From an uncultured cyanobacterium (GTDB lineage: Bacteria > Cyanobacteriota > Cyanobacteriia > PCC-6307 > Cyanobiaceae), in assembly GCA_963697335.1 (NCBI GenBank), contig CAVONQ010000008.1, positions 1 through 64,000 of the forward strand: DNA of 64,000 nucleotides. The letters are read 5' to 3'. The translations under genes were made by a program, and so were the position numbers. The notes under the pieces were generated by a model. That model was not told where the DNA came from, did no database searches, and worked only from the letters and a program-made list of their open reading frames with translations. Position 1 is the stretch's first letter; the number at the start of each line of letters is the position of its first letter. Positions 41,942-50,703 of the stretch are shown one piece after another.

Positions 41942-42424
41942 GGGGTCGATCAGGAAGGTGTGGCGCTGGGAAAAGGGAGCCAGCCAACTGCCGTAGCGCC
42001 CGCTCACCTGGCCGGCGGGGTCGGAGAGGAGCGGGAACACCAGTCCCTCACTGCTGCAGAAGTCGCTGTGGGAGGAGGCGTCGTCGGCGCTCACCCCAAC
42101 CACGGCGGCTCCGGCGGCCTTGAAGCGGGCCAGATCCTTCTGGAAGCCCCGGGCTTCGAGGGTGCAGCCGCCGGTGAAGTCGCGCGGGTAGAAATAGAGC
42201 ACCAGCCACTGGCCAGCGAAATCAGCCAGAGCCAGCAGGCTTTCCTGCGGGGCGCCATCAGGGCCAGGAGTCACCCCCGGAAGCCGAAAATCGGGGGCCG
42301 GCCGATCCAGGTCGGGCAGGGTACCCCCCAGGGCTTCGGCCCGCTTGCCGGCAGAGAGCAGGCCCAAGCCCAAAACCAGGGCCGAGGTGCCAGCCCGTAG
42401 CAGCTCACGGCGCCGCATCAGCAT
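41942..42424 (-). pseudogene. bcp: 3'-truncated duplicate of bcp
   Basis: Nearly identical to copy 1 up to FLIDP, then reads out of frame into htpG and stops at 41924. Confidence 0.88.
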
Positions 42425-42452
42425 GAAGGTTTTGAACTCCCAGTCTGGTGGC

Positions 42453-42689
42453 TCAGATCTTGGCCAGGTTCACGCCCAGCTCCTTGGCATAGGCACCGAG
42501 ACCCTTCTTCTGGATGGTCTTGAGGGCTTTGGTGGACACCCGCAGCTTCACGAAGCGCTTGCCCTCCGCCCACCAGAGGCGGCGCTCCTGGAGATTCACC
42601 TGTTGGAGCTTCTTGGTGCGCACGTGGGAGTGCGAGACGGCCATGCCGTTGTTGGCGCGCTTGCCGGTGAGCTGGCAGACCCGGGACAT
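42453..42689 (-). CDS. rpmB: 50S ribosomal protein L28 (copy 2)
   Basis: Protein identical to copy 1. Confidence 0.97.
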   Translation of the reverse strand: MSRVCQLTGKRANNGMAVSHSHVRTKKLQQVNLQERRLWWAEGKRFVKLRVSTKALKTIQKKGLGAYAKELGVNLAKI

Positions 42690-42781
42690 GACCTACAACC
42701 GTTCAGAACAACTTCTGGGCATATGCCCAAGCGGAGACTTTACCAAAGAGTCGAGGCCTGCAGTGGCATCTCCCCAGGGGT

Positions 42782-44698
42782 TCAGAGGCCGCGCTCCATC
42801 AGCTGACCCATCAGATCGGCGCTGCGTTGCTGGAAGCCCGCCAGCTGGTTGGGCTCGAGGCCACCCACCGCCAGGCGGGCCATCTCGTAGAGGTGGGCGC
42901 TGAGGGCGCTGGCCAGCTCCTGGCTGGGGGAGCTGCCCGAACCGGTGATCACCGAGCCGGCGCTGAGCTTCAGCAGCCCTTCCACCAGCCGGTGACGGCG
43001 GTTGATCAGCAGCACGTGGTGGTCGGGCAGGCCTGGCAGGCGCTGTTCCATCAGGGCGCCCATGTCGTTGATGCGGCGCATCTGCTCCGGCAGCAGGATC
43101 AGGGCTGCGGGGGCGTTGTCGCCCTTCAGCGCCTGGATCTGGAGGGTCACCCGGTCGTCGTTGAGGGCCGCCTTGAACAACTCGCGCAGCTTCTCGGAAC
43201 TGTCCTTGCCCTCGGCATCGGCCAGTTCACTCTCCTTCTCCTGCAGGGAGTCATCCAGCTCGGCATCGACCCGCTGGAACTTGAGCTCCTCGTGGCGCAT
43301 CTCCAGCCAGGGGATGAACTGGGTATCGATGAAGGTGTCGGCCAGCAGCACTTCGGCGTCCTGGCTCTTCCACAGGGCGAGGGGGCCTGCCTGGCCGGCC
43401 TCATCGGTGCAATAGAGCACCCGCTTGTCGTTGTCCCCGCTGAGGCGACCGCGGTAGCCCAGCAGGGTGGTGAAGGCCTTGCCGCCCTCGGCCGGGATCG
43501 GATCGAGGCTGGTGCCTTCGGCGGGGTCGCCCTCCATGGCTGCGGCGGTGGTGCCGAACAGCACCAGATCCGCCACCTGGTCAGCGAACTTGTCGTCTTC
43601 CATGGCGCCAATCTTGATGAAGGGGGCCACGGATTCCCAGATCTCGGCGTAGCGCCTGGGATCGTCGCGGTGCAGCTCCTTGAGCCGATCCCCCACCTTC
43701 TTGGCCACGAAGCCGCCAATCGAGCGCACGCGGCGATCGGTCTGCAGGGCTGAGCGGCTCACATTGAGGGGGATGTCCGGCGAGTCGATCACGCCGCGCA
43801 GGGGCAGCAGGTAGCGGGGCACCACCTCCTTGATCGAGTCGCTCACGAACACCTGGTTGCAGTAGAGCTTGATTTCGCCCTTCTCCCAGTCGGCCCGGCC
43901 GCTGGATTTCGGGAAATAGAGGATGCCCTGCAGGGTGTAGGGGTAGTCGGTGTTGAGGTGCACCCAGAGCAGGGGGTCGCCCTGGAAGGGGTAGAGGTAG
44001 CGATAGAGCTCGATGTAGTCGTTGTCGCTGAGCTCGCGGGCGCTCTTGCGCCACGGAGCCTCCCGCTTGTTGACGGTCTCGCCCTCCAGCTGCACCGCCA
44101 CGGGCATGAAGTCGCAGTAGGTGGTGATCAGGGTGCGGATGCGGGAGGGCTCGATGTACTCGAGCTCCTCCTCCATCAGGTGCAGGATCACATCGGTGCC
44201 CGGCTCGCTGCGTTCCGCGGCCTCAAGGCTGAAGTTGGGGGAGCCATCGCAGCTCCAGCGCACCGCCTCACTGCCCTCCCGCGCGCTCAGGGTCACCAGC
44301 TCCACCTGGCTGGCCACCATGAAACTGGAGTAGAATCCCAGGCCGAAGTGGCCGATGATGGCGTCGCCCTCGCTCTTGTACTTCTCGAGGAAGTCTTCGG
44401 CGCTGGAGAAGGCCACCTGGTTGATGTAGCGCTTCACCTCATCGGCGCTCATGCCGATGCCGTTGTCGGAGATGGTGAGGGTCTTGGCCTCCCGGTCGAT
44501 ACGGATCTGGATCCTGCCCTCCTCGCCCTCGCTGCAGTCGCCGGCCATGGCGGCCATGCGGCGCTTGCTGATGGCATCCACCCCGTTGCTCACCAGTTCC
44601 CGTAGGAACACCTCATGGCCGCTGTACACGGCCTTCTTGATGATCGGGAAGATGTTCTCGGTATGGATCTGGATCTGGCCCTGTTCGGCTTGCAGCAC
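42782..44698 (-). CDS. htpG: Chaperone HtpG (Hsp90), probable GTG start
   Basis: IQIHTENIFPIIKK, FLRELVSN, DNGIGM, IGHFGLGFYS, LNVSRS. Confidence 0.97.
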   Translation of the reverse strand: MLQAEQGQIQIHTENIFPIIKKAVYSGHEVFLRELVSNGVDAISKRRMAAMAGDCSEGEEGRIQIRIDREAKTLTISDNGIGMSADEVKRYINQVAFSSAEDFLEKYKSEGDAIIGHFGLGFYSSFMVASQVELVTLSAREGSEAVRWSCDGSPNFSLEAAERSEPGTDVILHLMEEELEYIEPSRIRTLITTYCDFMPVAVQLEGETVNKREAPWRKSARELSDNDYIELYRYLYPFQGDPLLWVHLNTDYPYTLQGILYFPKSSGRADWEKGEIKLYCNQVFVSDSIKEVVPRYLLPLRGVIDSPDIPLNVSRSALQTDRRVRSIGGFVAKKVGDRLKELHRDDPRRYAEIWESVAPFIKIGAMEDDKFADQVADLVLFGTTAAAMEGDPAEGTSLDPIPAEGGKAFTTLLGYRGRLSGDNDKRVLYCTDEAGQAGPLALWKSQDAEVLLADTFIDTQFIPWLEMRHEELKFQRVDAELDDSLQEKESELADAEGKDSSEKLRELFKAALNDDRVTLQIQALKGDNAPAALILLPEQMRRINDMGALMEQRLPGLPDHHVLLINRRHRLVEGLLKLSAGSVITGSGSSPSQELASALSAHLYEMARLAVGGLEPNQLAGFQQRSADLMGQLMERGL

Positions 44699-44724
44699 AG
44701 TGCCTATTGGCAACGACGTGTGGT

Positions 44725-44904
44725 TCAGGATCCATCCCGGCAGGGGTTCCCGCCAAGGGGGCGCCATGGGCAGGAAACCGTCCTGCGCCCCCAGCCTTGG
44801 TCACGCCCAGCCGGAGCCACAGATGCCCCAGGGGGCTTGAAGGCGGCGTGAGACCAGCCCAGGGCGGCGGCGCGCAAGACGACGTATGGAGAGGCGATCG
44901 CCAT
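44725..44904 (-). CDS. Small ORF A (59 aa), paralogue of 46550-46765, possibly degenerate
   Basis: MAIASPYVVLRAAALGW aligns with MVVASPYAVFRAADVAW. Confidence 0.55.
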   Translation of the reverse strand: MAIASPYVVLRAAALGWSHAAFKPPGASVAPAGRDQGWGRRTVSCPWRPLGGNPCRDGS

Positions 44905-44918
44905 CACGGTTCATGCAT

Positions 44919-44932
44919 GGTACTTGCGTACT
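44919..44932 (-). promoter_or_regulatory. Putative cyanobacterial LexA box
   Basis: AGTACGCAAGTACC fits RGTAC-NNND-GTWCB. It lies 14 nt before the ORF A ATG and overlaps a -10-like TACCAT. Confidence 0.7.
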
Positions 44933-45002
44933 AGCCATGGATGGGGCGGCTATCAATGGCGGCTCACAACAGCTGCTTGGCACAGCCTCCCCATCTGCCG
45001 GT

Positions 45003-46130
45003 TCAGCCAAGGAAGGAGACCCTCTCGAAGCCGATGGCCCGCAGGGTCTTGCCTGCCTGGGTGAAGGCGGTGCCGCCGCGGATCCTGCTCGTTGTGTAGT
45101 CACTGGAACTGCCGGGCAGGAAGAGTGCATCCCTTCCTGCCCCTCCGATCAGGGTGATCTGGCCGAAGCCGTAGGCCCTGTCCTTGCCGCCGCCCAGGTT
45201 GAACACGCCGCCACCGGCGAAGCCGCCGTTGCGTGCATCCACCCGATCGCTCCCCCCGAGGGTGTTCACCACGCCGCTATTGACGATCCCGGAGCCGCGC
45301 CTGCCGCCGCTGCCGGCCGTGCCATTGGCGCCTGTGCTCCCGAAGAGCCCATTCGGCCCAGGTGATCCGGGTTCGCCTGTTTCCGGTTGGCCGGTAGGCA
45401 CTATCACCGAAAATCCCCGCGCCCCACCTAAACCGGGATTGCCGGCCAAACCGCGAAGCCCAGGGCCCCCACCGCTTCCAGAGAAGCCGCCCACTCCCCC
45501 GAGGCCGCCCTTGCCGATCACCACATCGGCTTTTGCGCTGAGCCTGTGGCGCGCACCCCTGAACACCACGCCGTGGCCGCCATCTCCACCCAGGCCGCCG
45601 TTGCCGCCTGAGCCGCCGCTGCCGGCATTACCACCGCTGCCGGCGTTACCGCCCCTGCCTCCATTCCCACCGATCCCGAACTCGACTGTTGGAGGAGTTC
45701 CTGGATTAATACGAACGAAACCATCCCCACCATTGCCTCCTGGGCCGCCATCGGCGCCGTTGCGTCCATTGCCGCCGCCGCCACCGTTACCGCCATTCCT
45801 GCCGTCACCGCCGCCGCCACCGGTGCCTTCGATGATGAAGCGCTGGCTTCGTTTACGCGTTTGACGCCTGCCGATCGTGAGGCCCACAGCGCCCTCGCTG
45901 CCGGAAGCACCAGCACCGCCGTTGCCTCCGTCCCCCCCGGAGAAGCCGTTGCCACCATTGCCGCCGGGGCCTCCCCTCTCGCCGTTGGGGGAAGCATTAT
46001 TACCGTTGATCCCATTGAAGCCGGTGAAACCAATCAGGGGGAAGAATGGAGTGGTGAATCCAGGAGTACCGTTGGAACCTGCGCTGGCGCCATTGGCCCC
46101 TGCAGCGCCTGTGTTTCTAAGAGTGGGCAT
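45003..46130 (-). CDS. Glycine-rich protein with an RTX-like C-terminal region
   Basis: GGNGG and Gxx repeats. The C-terminus has GGSDRV, GGGKDRA and GGAGRDAL repeats. No Sec signal. Codon usage is more AT-rich than its neighbours. Confidence 0.8.
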   Translation of the reverse strand: MPTLRNTGAAGANGASAGSNGTPGFTTPFFPLIGFTGFNGINGNNASPNGERGGPGGNGGNGFSGGDGGNGGAGASGSEGAVGLTIGRRQTRKRSQRFIIEGTGGGGGDGRNGGNGGGGGNGRNGADGGPGGNGGDGFVRINPGTPPTVEFGIGGNGGRGGNAGSGGNAGSGGSGGNGGLGGDGGHGVVFRGARHRLSAKADVVIGKGGLGGVGGFSGSGGGPGLRGLAGNPGLGGARGFSVIVPTGQPETGEPGSPGPNGLFGSTGANGTAGSGGRRGSGIVNSGVVNTLGGSDRVDARNGGFAGGGVFNLGGGKDRAYGFGQITLIGGAGRDALFLPGSSSDYTTSRIRGGTAFTQAGKTLRAIGFERVSFLG

Positions 46131-46549
46131 GGCCTACGCCATAGCAAGCTTTTGATTCCAGCATGGTAGATCGGCATGGTCTTGCTTCCGTCAGTTATTG
46201 ATCTTTACCAGCGCGTTGTTGGCTCCAGTGCTTGCGCATCGGCTAGTCAGGTCACTAGGTAGAAGCTTCAATGGACAGTCTTTTTCCGATCGAGGCGTGA
46301 GGCCATGTCTGGGTGTTTCTGATGAAGGGTGACCCCTCCTCAAGTTGCTCACCGGCATGCAGCTGCCCCTAAGAGTTGGCGAGATTCGGGTCGTGGAGTT
46401 GATTCAGGCTCACGAACAACGTGCACTCTGTGTCACCGCGCACCCCGCTCTTCCAAGGCGGATTGGCGTAGTCAGCTTGCCTGCAGGTGGATCACCCTTT
46501 GGAATCATTGCCCTGTTCGGCTTGCTGCACTGCAGAGAGGCACCCAGGC

Positions 46550-46765
46550 CTAGGACCACGGGCCAGCGGCAGCAAACAGTTCACCCTGGATCAGCCCCTC
46601 CCAGCCGGGCTGCCCCACGGCTGCCGCAGTGCTAGCGATTGTGCTGGGATGGGGCCGGGCGCTTGGGTCCGGCTGGGCTGCCCGTCGCTCGACTGGCGGC
46701 GGAACAGCCTGGAACCAGGCCACATCGGCGGCCCGAAAGACGGCGTAGGGGGAAGCAACGACCAT
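46550..46765 (-). CDS. Small ORF B (71 aa) with QGELF near the C-terminus
   Basis: MVVASPYAVFRAADVAW...GLIQGELFAAAGPWS; paralogous to ORF A. Confidence 0.65.
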   Translation of the reverse strand: MVVASPYAVFRAADVAWFQAVPPPVERRAAQPDPSARPHPSTIASTAAAVGQPGWEGLIQGELFAAAGPWS

Positions 46766-46778
46766 GGTCTGATCGGGA

Positions 46779-46792
46779 AGTACACACGTACT
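46779..46792 (-). promoter_or_regulatory. Putative cyanobacterial LexA box
   Basis: AGTACGTGTGTACT (palindromic AGTAC-N4-GTACT), 13 nt before the ORF B ATG. Confidence 0.78.
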
Positions 46793-47039
46793 AGCCGGGC
46801 TCGGCATCGCTGTCAACCTTGCCTGCGCTGGCAGCCTTGGTGTCACGGCTCTCGGCCGCCGGGGGCAGGTTGCGCTCCACCTGCACGAACAGCAGCCAGG
46901 CCAGGCCGCCGCTGACGCCCGTGCCCCAGTCGCCCCGCACCGTGGCGACGATGGCGATCGTGCTGGCGACGATGCGCAGGGCACGGATCCCGAAGCGGCC
47001 GATCCTGCCGACAGACGGCTGATCGAAGCACACAGGCAT
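46791..47039 (-). CDS. Small membrane hypothetical protein
   Basis: GIRALRIVASTIAIVA...LAWLLFVQVER; two hydrophobic stretches. Confidence 0.6.
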   Translation of the reverse strand: MPVCFDQPSVGRIGRFGIRALRIVASTIAIVATVRGDWGTGVSGGLAWLLFVQVERNLPPAAESRDTKAASAGKVDSDAEPG

Positions 47040-47266
47040 CCGGGCAGGCTGCCCCACCAGTCTCCTCTTGATCCGGCGGCCCCGGCTCAGAACTTGCGCA
47101 GTTCGCGGCGCAGCCGTTCCGTTCCCCCTGGCTGCCGTTGCCCCTGGGGCTCGGAGCCCGGCAGCAGGGCCGAGGCCAGTACGGCCAACACCAGCCAGGT
47201 GGCCAACCACGAGTAGAGCGATCGACCGCCTGGATGGCTCAACCCGCCTGCCCTTGGCAGAGCCCC

Positions 47267-47734
47267 CTACTCACACCCCTTCACGGAAATGCGATAGCTG
47301 AAGCCCAGGGAGCCGGGATGGCGGCTGGAGCCCACGCGGAAGTTCATCAGCCGGCTGCGTCGGCCGGGCACGGCCTTGAAGGGGCCGAACTCCCGTCCCT
47401 CGCCGGGATTGAAGGTCGGCGTTTCGTTGATCACCTGCAGATTGGCCCCATCGGTGAACACCATGAAGCCCGCAATCGGAAACAGGGCCCGTTCCGTGGA
47501 GGCGGAGGTGAAGAAGAAGCGATAGCTCTTGTAATCCCGATCCACCACGAAATCGGTGTTCCAGTTCGTGCGGCCCAGGGCCCGGTCAGGACCGATCTGT
47601 TTGCTCACCACTGGGTCACCACCCCCGCCCAGGGGCACCAGGAACCTGCAGCTGGCCTGGGCCGGGGCGAGCCCCGAGGTGGCCGTGATCGCGAGGGTGG
47701 AGAGCATGGCAAGGCTCCCGCCAATCCAGGACAT
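47267..47734 (-). CDS. Exported hypothetical protein
   Basis: Signal peptide (AQA), Cys near each end of the mature protein, NWNTDF motif. Confidence 0.78.
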   Translation of the reverse strand: MSWIGGSLAMLSTLAITATSGLAPAQASCRFLVPLGGGGDPVVSKQIGPDRALGRTNWNTDFVVDRDYKSYRFFFTSASTERALFPIAGFMVFTDGANLQVINETPTFNPGEGREFGPFKAVPGRRSRLMNFRVGSSRHPGSLGFSYRISVKGCE

Positions 47735-47758
47735 AGGCAGGGATTCGGAGCCTGAAAC

Positions 47759-47989
47759 CTACTTGAAGCCGCCCTGCTGCAACCCCGGCTTTTCCTCCGG
47801 CAGAATCGCACCGCTCACGGGACACACCTGCAGGCAGATGCCGCAGTCGATGCAGGTGTCGAAATCAATCCAGTAGAAGCCGGTGCCCTTGGTGTTGGCG
47901 CCCTGGCCGGGGTGAATGCAGGCCACCGGACAGGCATCCACACAATCGGCCACCCCTTCACAGACGTTGGTGACGATCGTGTGGGCCAT
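47759..47989 (-). CDS. Bacterial-type dicluster (4Fe-4S) ferredoxin
   Basis: CEGVADCVDACP and CIDCGICLQVCP. Confidence 0.93.
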   Translation of the reverse strand: MAHTIVTNVCEGVADCVDACPVACIHPGQGANTKGTGFYWIDFDTCIDCGICLQVCPVSGAILPEEKPGLQQGGFK

Positions 47990-48015
47990 CGGGGCGGGGG
48001 TGACTGGGGCGGATC

Positions 48016-49206
48016 CTAGGGAGCCAGCCAGTGCAGCTTCGAGCAGCCGCGCTCGCGGGCGACCGCCTCAGCGGCGGCGTGGCTGCTGAACGCACCCGGC
48101 AAAAGCTCGGCCTTGATGGCGCTGCGGTGCAGGGCTTCGAGGCTGTCGAGGGCCTGGGCCAGCTGCTGCGGGGCGCCGTAGGCCACCAGCTCAGGGCCGC
48201 TAGCGGACTCGCCTGCCGCACCGCTGCCCCCACCGGCGGCCAGGAGTTCGCGCACCGCCTCCACATGGAAGGCGAAGCCCACGCCCGCGGCGGCCTGACC
48301 CTCGCCGCTGAAGCGCCCCACCAGGGCGTCGTAGCGGCCGCCACCGGCGATCGCTACCGGGGCGTCGGGCCCTTGGCACACCAGCTTCAGCACCAGCCCG
48401 TCGTAGAGGGCGAAGTGGGGCTGGTAGGTGGGATCGAGCTGCACCTCCACCCCGAGCCGCTGCGCCGCCGGGGTGACCACCGCCAGGGTGTGGCTGAGCT
48501 CCTCGAGCAGGGGGATCGGCCCCAGCCACTGCTCCAGCTGATAGAGCACCTGGGAGGCATCGCCCCGCAGCCGCATCAGGGCGCTGAGCCGCTGGCGATC
48601 GGTGCCCTGGAGCTGGAGCTGCTCCAGGGCGATTGGATCGAAGCTGGTGAGGGCGGCCCGGGCCGCTGCCTGCTGGCCGGCCGGCAGTTGCTGCAGCAGG
48701 GCCCTGAGCACGCCGTGGTGGCCCACCAGCAGCCTGGGGCTGTGCTCCGGGCGCAGGCCGAGGTTGCCGGCCGCCGCCAGCAGCAGCCGGGTGAGCTCGG
48801 CATCGGCCGCCGCCGAGGGTTCCCCCAGCAACTCCACGCCACTCTGCAGCTGCTCGTGGATCCGCTGCAGGCCGGAGTCGCCCACGCTGCTGCGGAAGGT
48901 GCTGCCCTCGGTCCAGAGGCGCAGGGGCCTGGGGCGTTCGGCCATGCGGGTGCTGGCGGCCCGGGCGATCGAGGCGGTGAACTCCGGCCGCAGGCCGAGG
49001 GGCTCGTCGGCGGCCAGGCGCACCAGCTCGCGGCCATCGATGCCGCCGCCTGCGGCCAGGGTGTCGAGCCGCTCGAAGCCGGGGGGCGCCACCTCCTGGT
49101 AACCCCACAGCCGGTAGATCGCTGCCAGATCGGCACAGATGCGGCGGTTGCGCTCCACCTGGCGCGGGTTCAGATCCCGGGCGCCGGCGGCGGGTTGCAG
49201 GGCCAT
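48016..49206 (-). CDS. hisZ: ATP phosphoribosyltransferase regulatory subunit
   Basis: QPAAGARD, LRPEFTASIARA, QSGVELLG, GGGRYD. Confidence 0.95.
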   Translation of the reverse strand: MALQPAAGARDLNPRQVERNRRICADLAAIYRLWGYQEVAPPGFERLDTLAAGGGIDGRELVRLAADEPLGLRPEFTASIARAASTRMAERPRPLRLWTEGSTFRSSVGDSGLQRIHEQLQSGVELLGEPSAAADAELTRLLLAAAGNLGLRPEHSPRLLVGHHGVLRALLQQLPAGQQAAARAALTSFDPIALEQLQLQGTDRQRLSALMRLRGDASQVLYQLEQWLGPIPLLEELSHTLAVVTPAAQRLGVEVQLDPTYQPHFALYDGLVLKLVCQGPDAPVAIAGGGRYDALVGRFSGEGQAAAGVGFAFHVEAVRELLAAGGGSGAAGESASGPELVAYGAPQQLAQALDSLEALHRSAIKAELLPGAFSSHAAAEAVARERGCSKLHWLAP

Positions 49207-49236
49207 GGAGGCAGGCGGTTGGAACGCCGCCCGATC

Positions 49237-50160
49237 CTATGGAGCGGCCTGGGCGGCGGCTCCATCCAGCTCCGGAGCCCCGAAGCTGGCGCCGGCCAGG
49301 GGCCGGCAGGCGGCCAGGCCCTCGATCAGGGCTGGCTGCAGGGCGGGCCCACAGGCAATCAGCCGGCCCTGCTCCAGCAGCAGCGGCCCGCCCCCATAGC
49401 TGCTCACCCGTCCACCGGCCTGCTCCACCAGCACGACACCCGCGGCCAGGTCCCAGGGGGAGAGGCCCCGCTCCCAGTAGCCATCGAGTCGGCCGGCGGC
49501 CACGAAGGCCAGGTCCACCGCGGCGGCGCCGCCGCGCCTCACCCCATGGGTGCGGTGGGTGAAGTAGGCGAACTCGGCGTAGTTGTTGTCGAGCCTCTGG
49601 AAACGGTCGTAGGCGAAGCCGGTCACCAGCAGGGCGTCCTGCAGGCACGTGCAGCCGCTCACCTGCAGCCGCTGGCTGGTGCCGGCTCGCTGGTCGTCGC
49701 ACCAGCTGCCCAGGCCCGGCGCGGCCCAGTAGAGCTCCTGCAGGGCCGGCACCGCCAGGGCGCCGAGCAGGGGTGTGCCCTGCCAGCACAGCCCCACCGA
49801 GGTGCCGAAGAAGGGATAGCCATGGGCGAAGTTGGTGGTGCCATCCAGGGGATCCACGCACCACTCGAAGGAGCCCTGGCCGCTGCGGCGGCCGCTCTCC
49901 TCCGCCAGCACCCCGAAGCCGGGCGTTTCGCGCTGCAGCAGGGCCAGCACGGCGGCCTCGGCGGCCAGGTCCGCCTCCGTGACCAGATCGCCACAGCGAC
50001 CCTTTTCCCTCACCTGGCGCACGCGGCCGAACTGCTGGCTCAGCAGGGCGCCGCCGGCCTCCGCCGCCCGCCGGGCCACGGCCAGCAGCTCGTCCCGCTC
50101 GGAGGGGGTCAGGCCCGACTGGGCCAGGGCCCGATCGGAGGCGGCCTCAGGGCCGCTCAT
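49237..50160 (-). CDS. suhB: Inositol monophosphatase family protein
   Basis: LVTEAD, WCVDPLDGTTNF, PWDLAAG. Confidence 0.93.
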   Translation of the reverse strand: MSGPEAASDRALAQSGLTPSERDELLAVARRAAEAGGALLSQQFGRVRQVREKGRCGDLVTEADLAAEAAVLALLQRETPGFGVLAEESGRRSGQGSFEWCVDPLDGTTNFAHGYPFFGTSVGLCWQGTPLLGALAVPALQELYWAAPGLGSWCDDQRAGTSQRLQVSGCTCLQDALLVTGFAYDRFQRLDNNYAEFAYFTHRTHGVRRGGAAAVDLAFVAAGRLDGYWERGLSPWDLAAGVVLVEQAGGRVSSYGGGPLLLEQGRLIACGPALQPALIEGLAACRPLAGASFGAPELDGAAAQAAP

Positions 50161-50525
50161 TCCTCCTCCAGGGGTAGGCCGGCCCGCACCTGACCGCGGC
50201 CGAAGTAGCGGCCGAACTGCAGGTCGTAGACCTCGTCCTCATCCTGGGTTTCCACCTCCAGAGGGCCGATGGCCCGGGCCACGCAGAGCAGGCCGTAGCC
50301 CCGCTCGCGCAGCTCGCGCGAGAGGCCCAGGGCCTCGCGGTGGTCGATGCTGCCGCTGAGCACCCGCACGGCGCAGGCGGTGCAGCAGCCGTTGCGGCAG
50401 CTGAATGGCAGAGGATCACCCTGCTCCTCAAAACTGCGCAGGATGTAGGCCCCCTCCGGCACCTGATGGCGGATGGTGCGTCCGCTCTGGCGCCAGTGGA
50501 CGGTGATCGGGTAGGTCGTGGTCAT
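50157..50525 (-). CDS. 2Fe-2S ferredoxin with C-terminal extension (Fed2/FdC2-like)
   Basis: LPFSCRNGCCTAC...LLCV, then EDEVYDLQFG. Confidence 0.92.
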   Translation of the reverse strand: MTTTYPITVHWRQSGRTIRHQVPEGAYILRSFEEQGDPLPFSCRNGCCTACAVRVLSGSIDHREALGLSRELRERGYGLLCVARAIGPLEVETQDEDEVYDLQFGRYFGRGQVRAGLPLEEE

Positions 50526-50563
50526 GCTGCTACATTGCCACCTGAGTGCCCCATTTAGCCGCT

Positions 50564-50650
50564 GGAGAGGTGGCCGAGTGGTCGAAGGCGCAGCACTGGA
50601 AATGCTGTATAGGGGCAACTCTATCGAGGGTTCGAATCCCTCCCTCTCCG
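50564..50650 (+). tRNA. tRNA-Ser(GGA)
   Basis: GGAGAGG/CCTCTCC acceptor stem, anticodon arm cagca-ctGGAaa-tgctg, long variable arm, GGTTCGAATCC. Confidence 0.98.
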
Positions 50651-50657
50651 CTTCCCC

Positions 50658-50681
50658 GCCAGCCTTCGTGCTGGCTTTTTT
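50658..50681 (+). terminator. Intrinsic terminator after tRNA-Ser
   Basis: gccagc-cttcgt-gctggc followed by T6. Confidence 0.85.
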
Positions 50682-50703
50682 CATGGCCGCTCAACGTTCG
50701 GTT

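Larger units (their letters stand above)
39427..44456. repeat. Direct tandem duplication of 2,515 bp (39427-41941 and 41942-44456)
   Basis: Constant offset of 2515. Seven substitutions found by eye (copy 1 positions 39532, 39796, 39799, 39868, 39974, 41510, 41827). Confidence 0.97.

Noticed and set aside
39938..42689. Two rpmB genes as specialised (zinc-dependent/independent) paralogues
   Set aside because: The proteins are identical and both lie within the tandem duplication.
50564..50700. tRNA-Ser as an integration site
   Set aside because: No integrase and no duplicated tRNA 3' end seen; the flanks are core genes.
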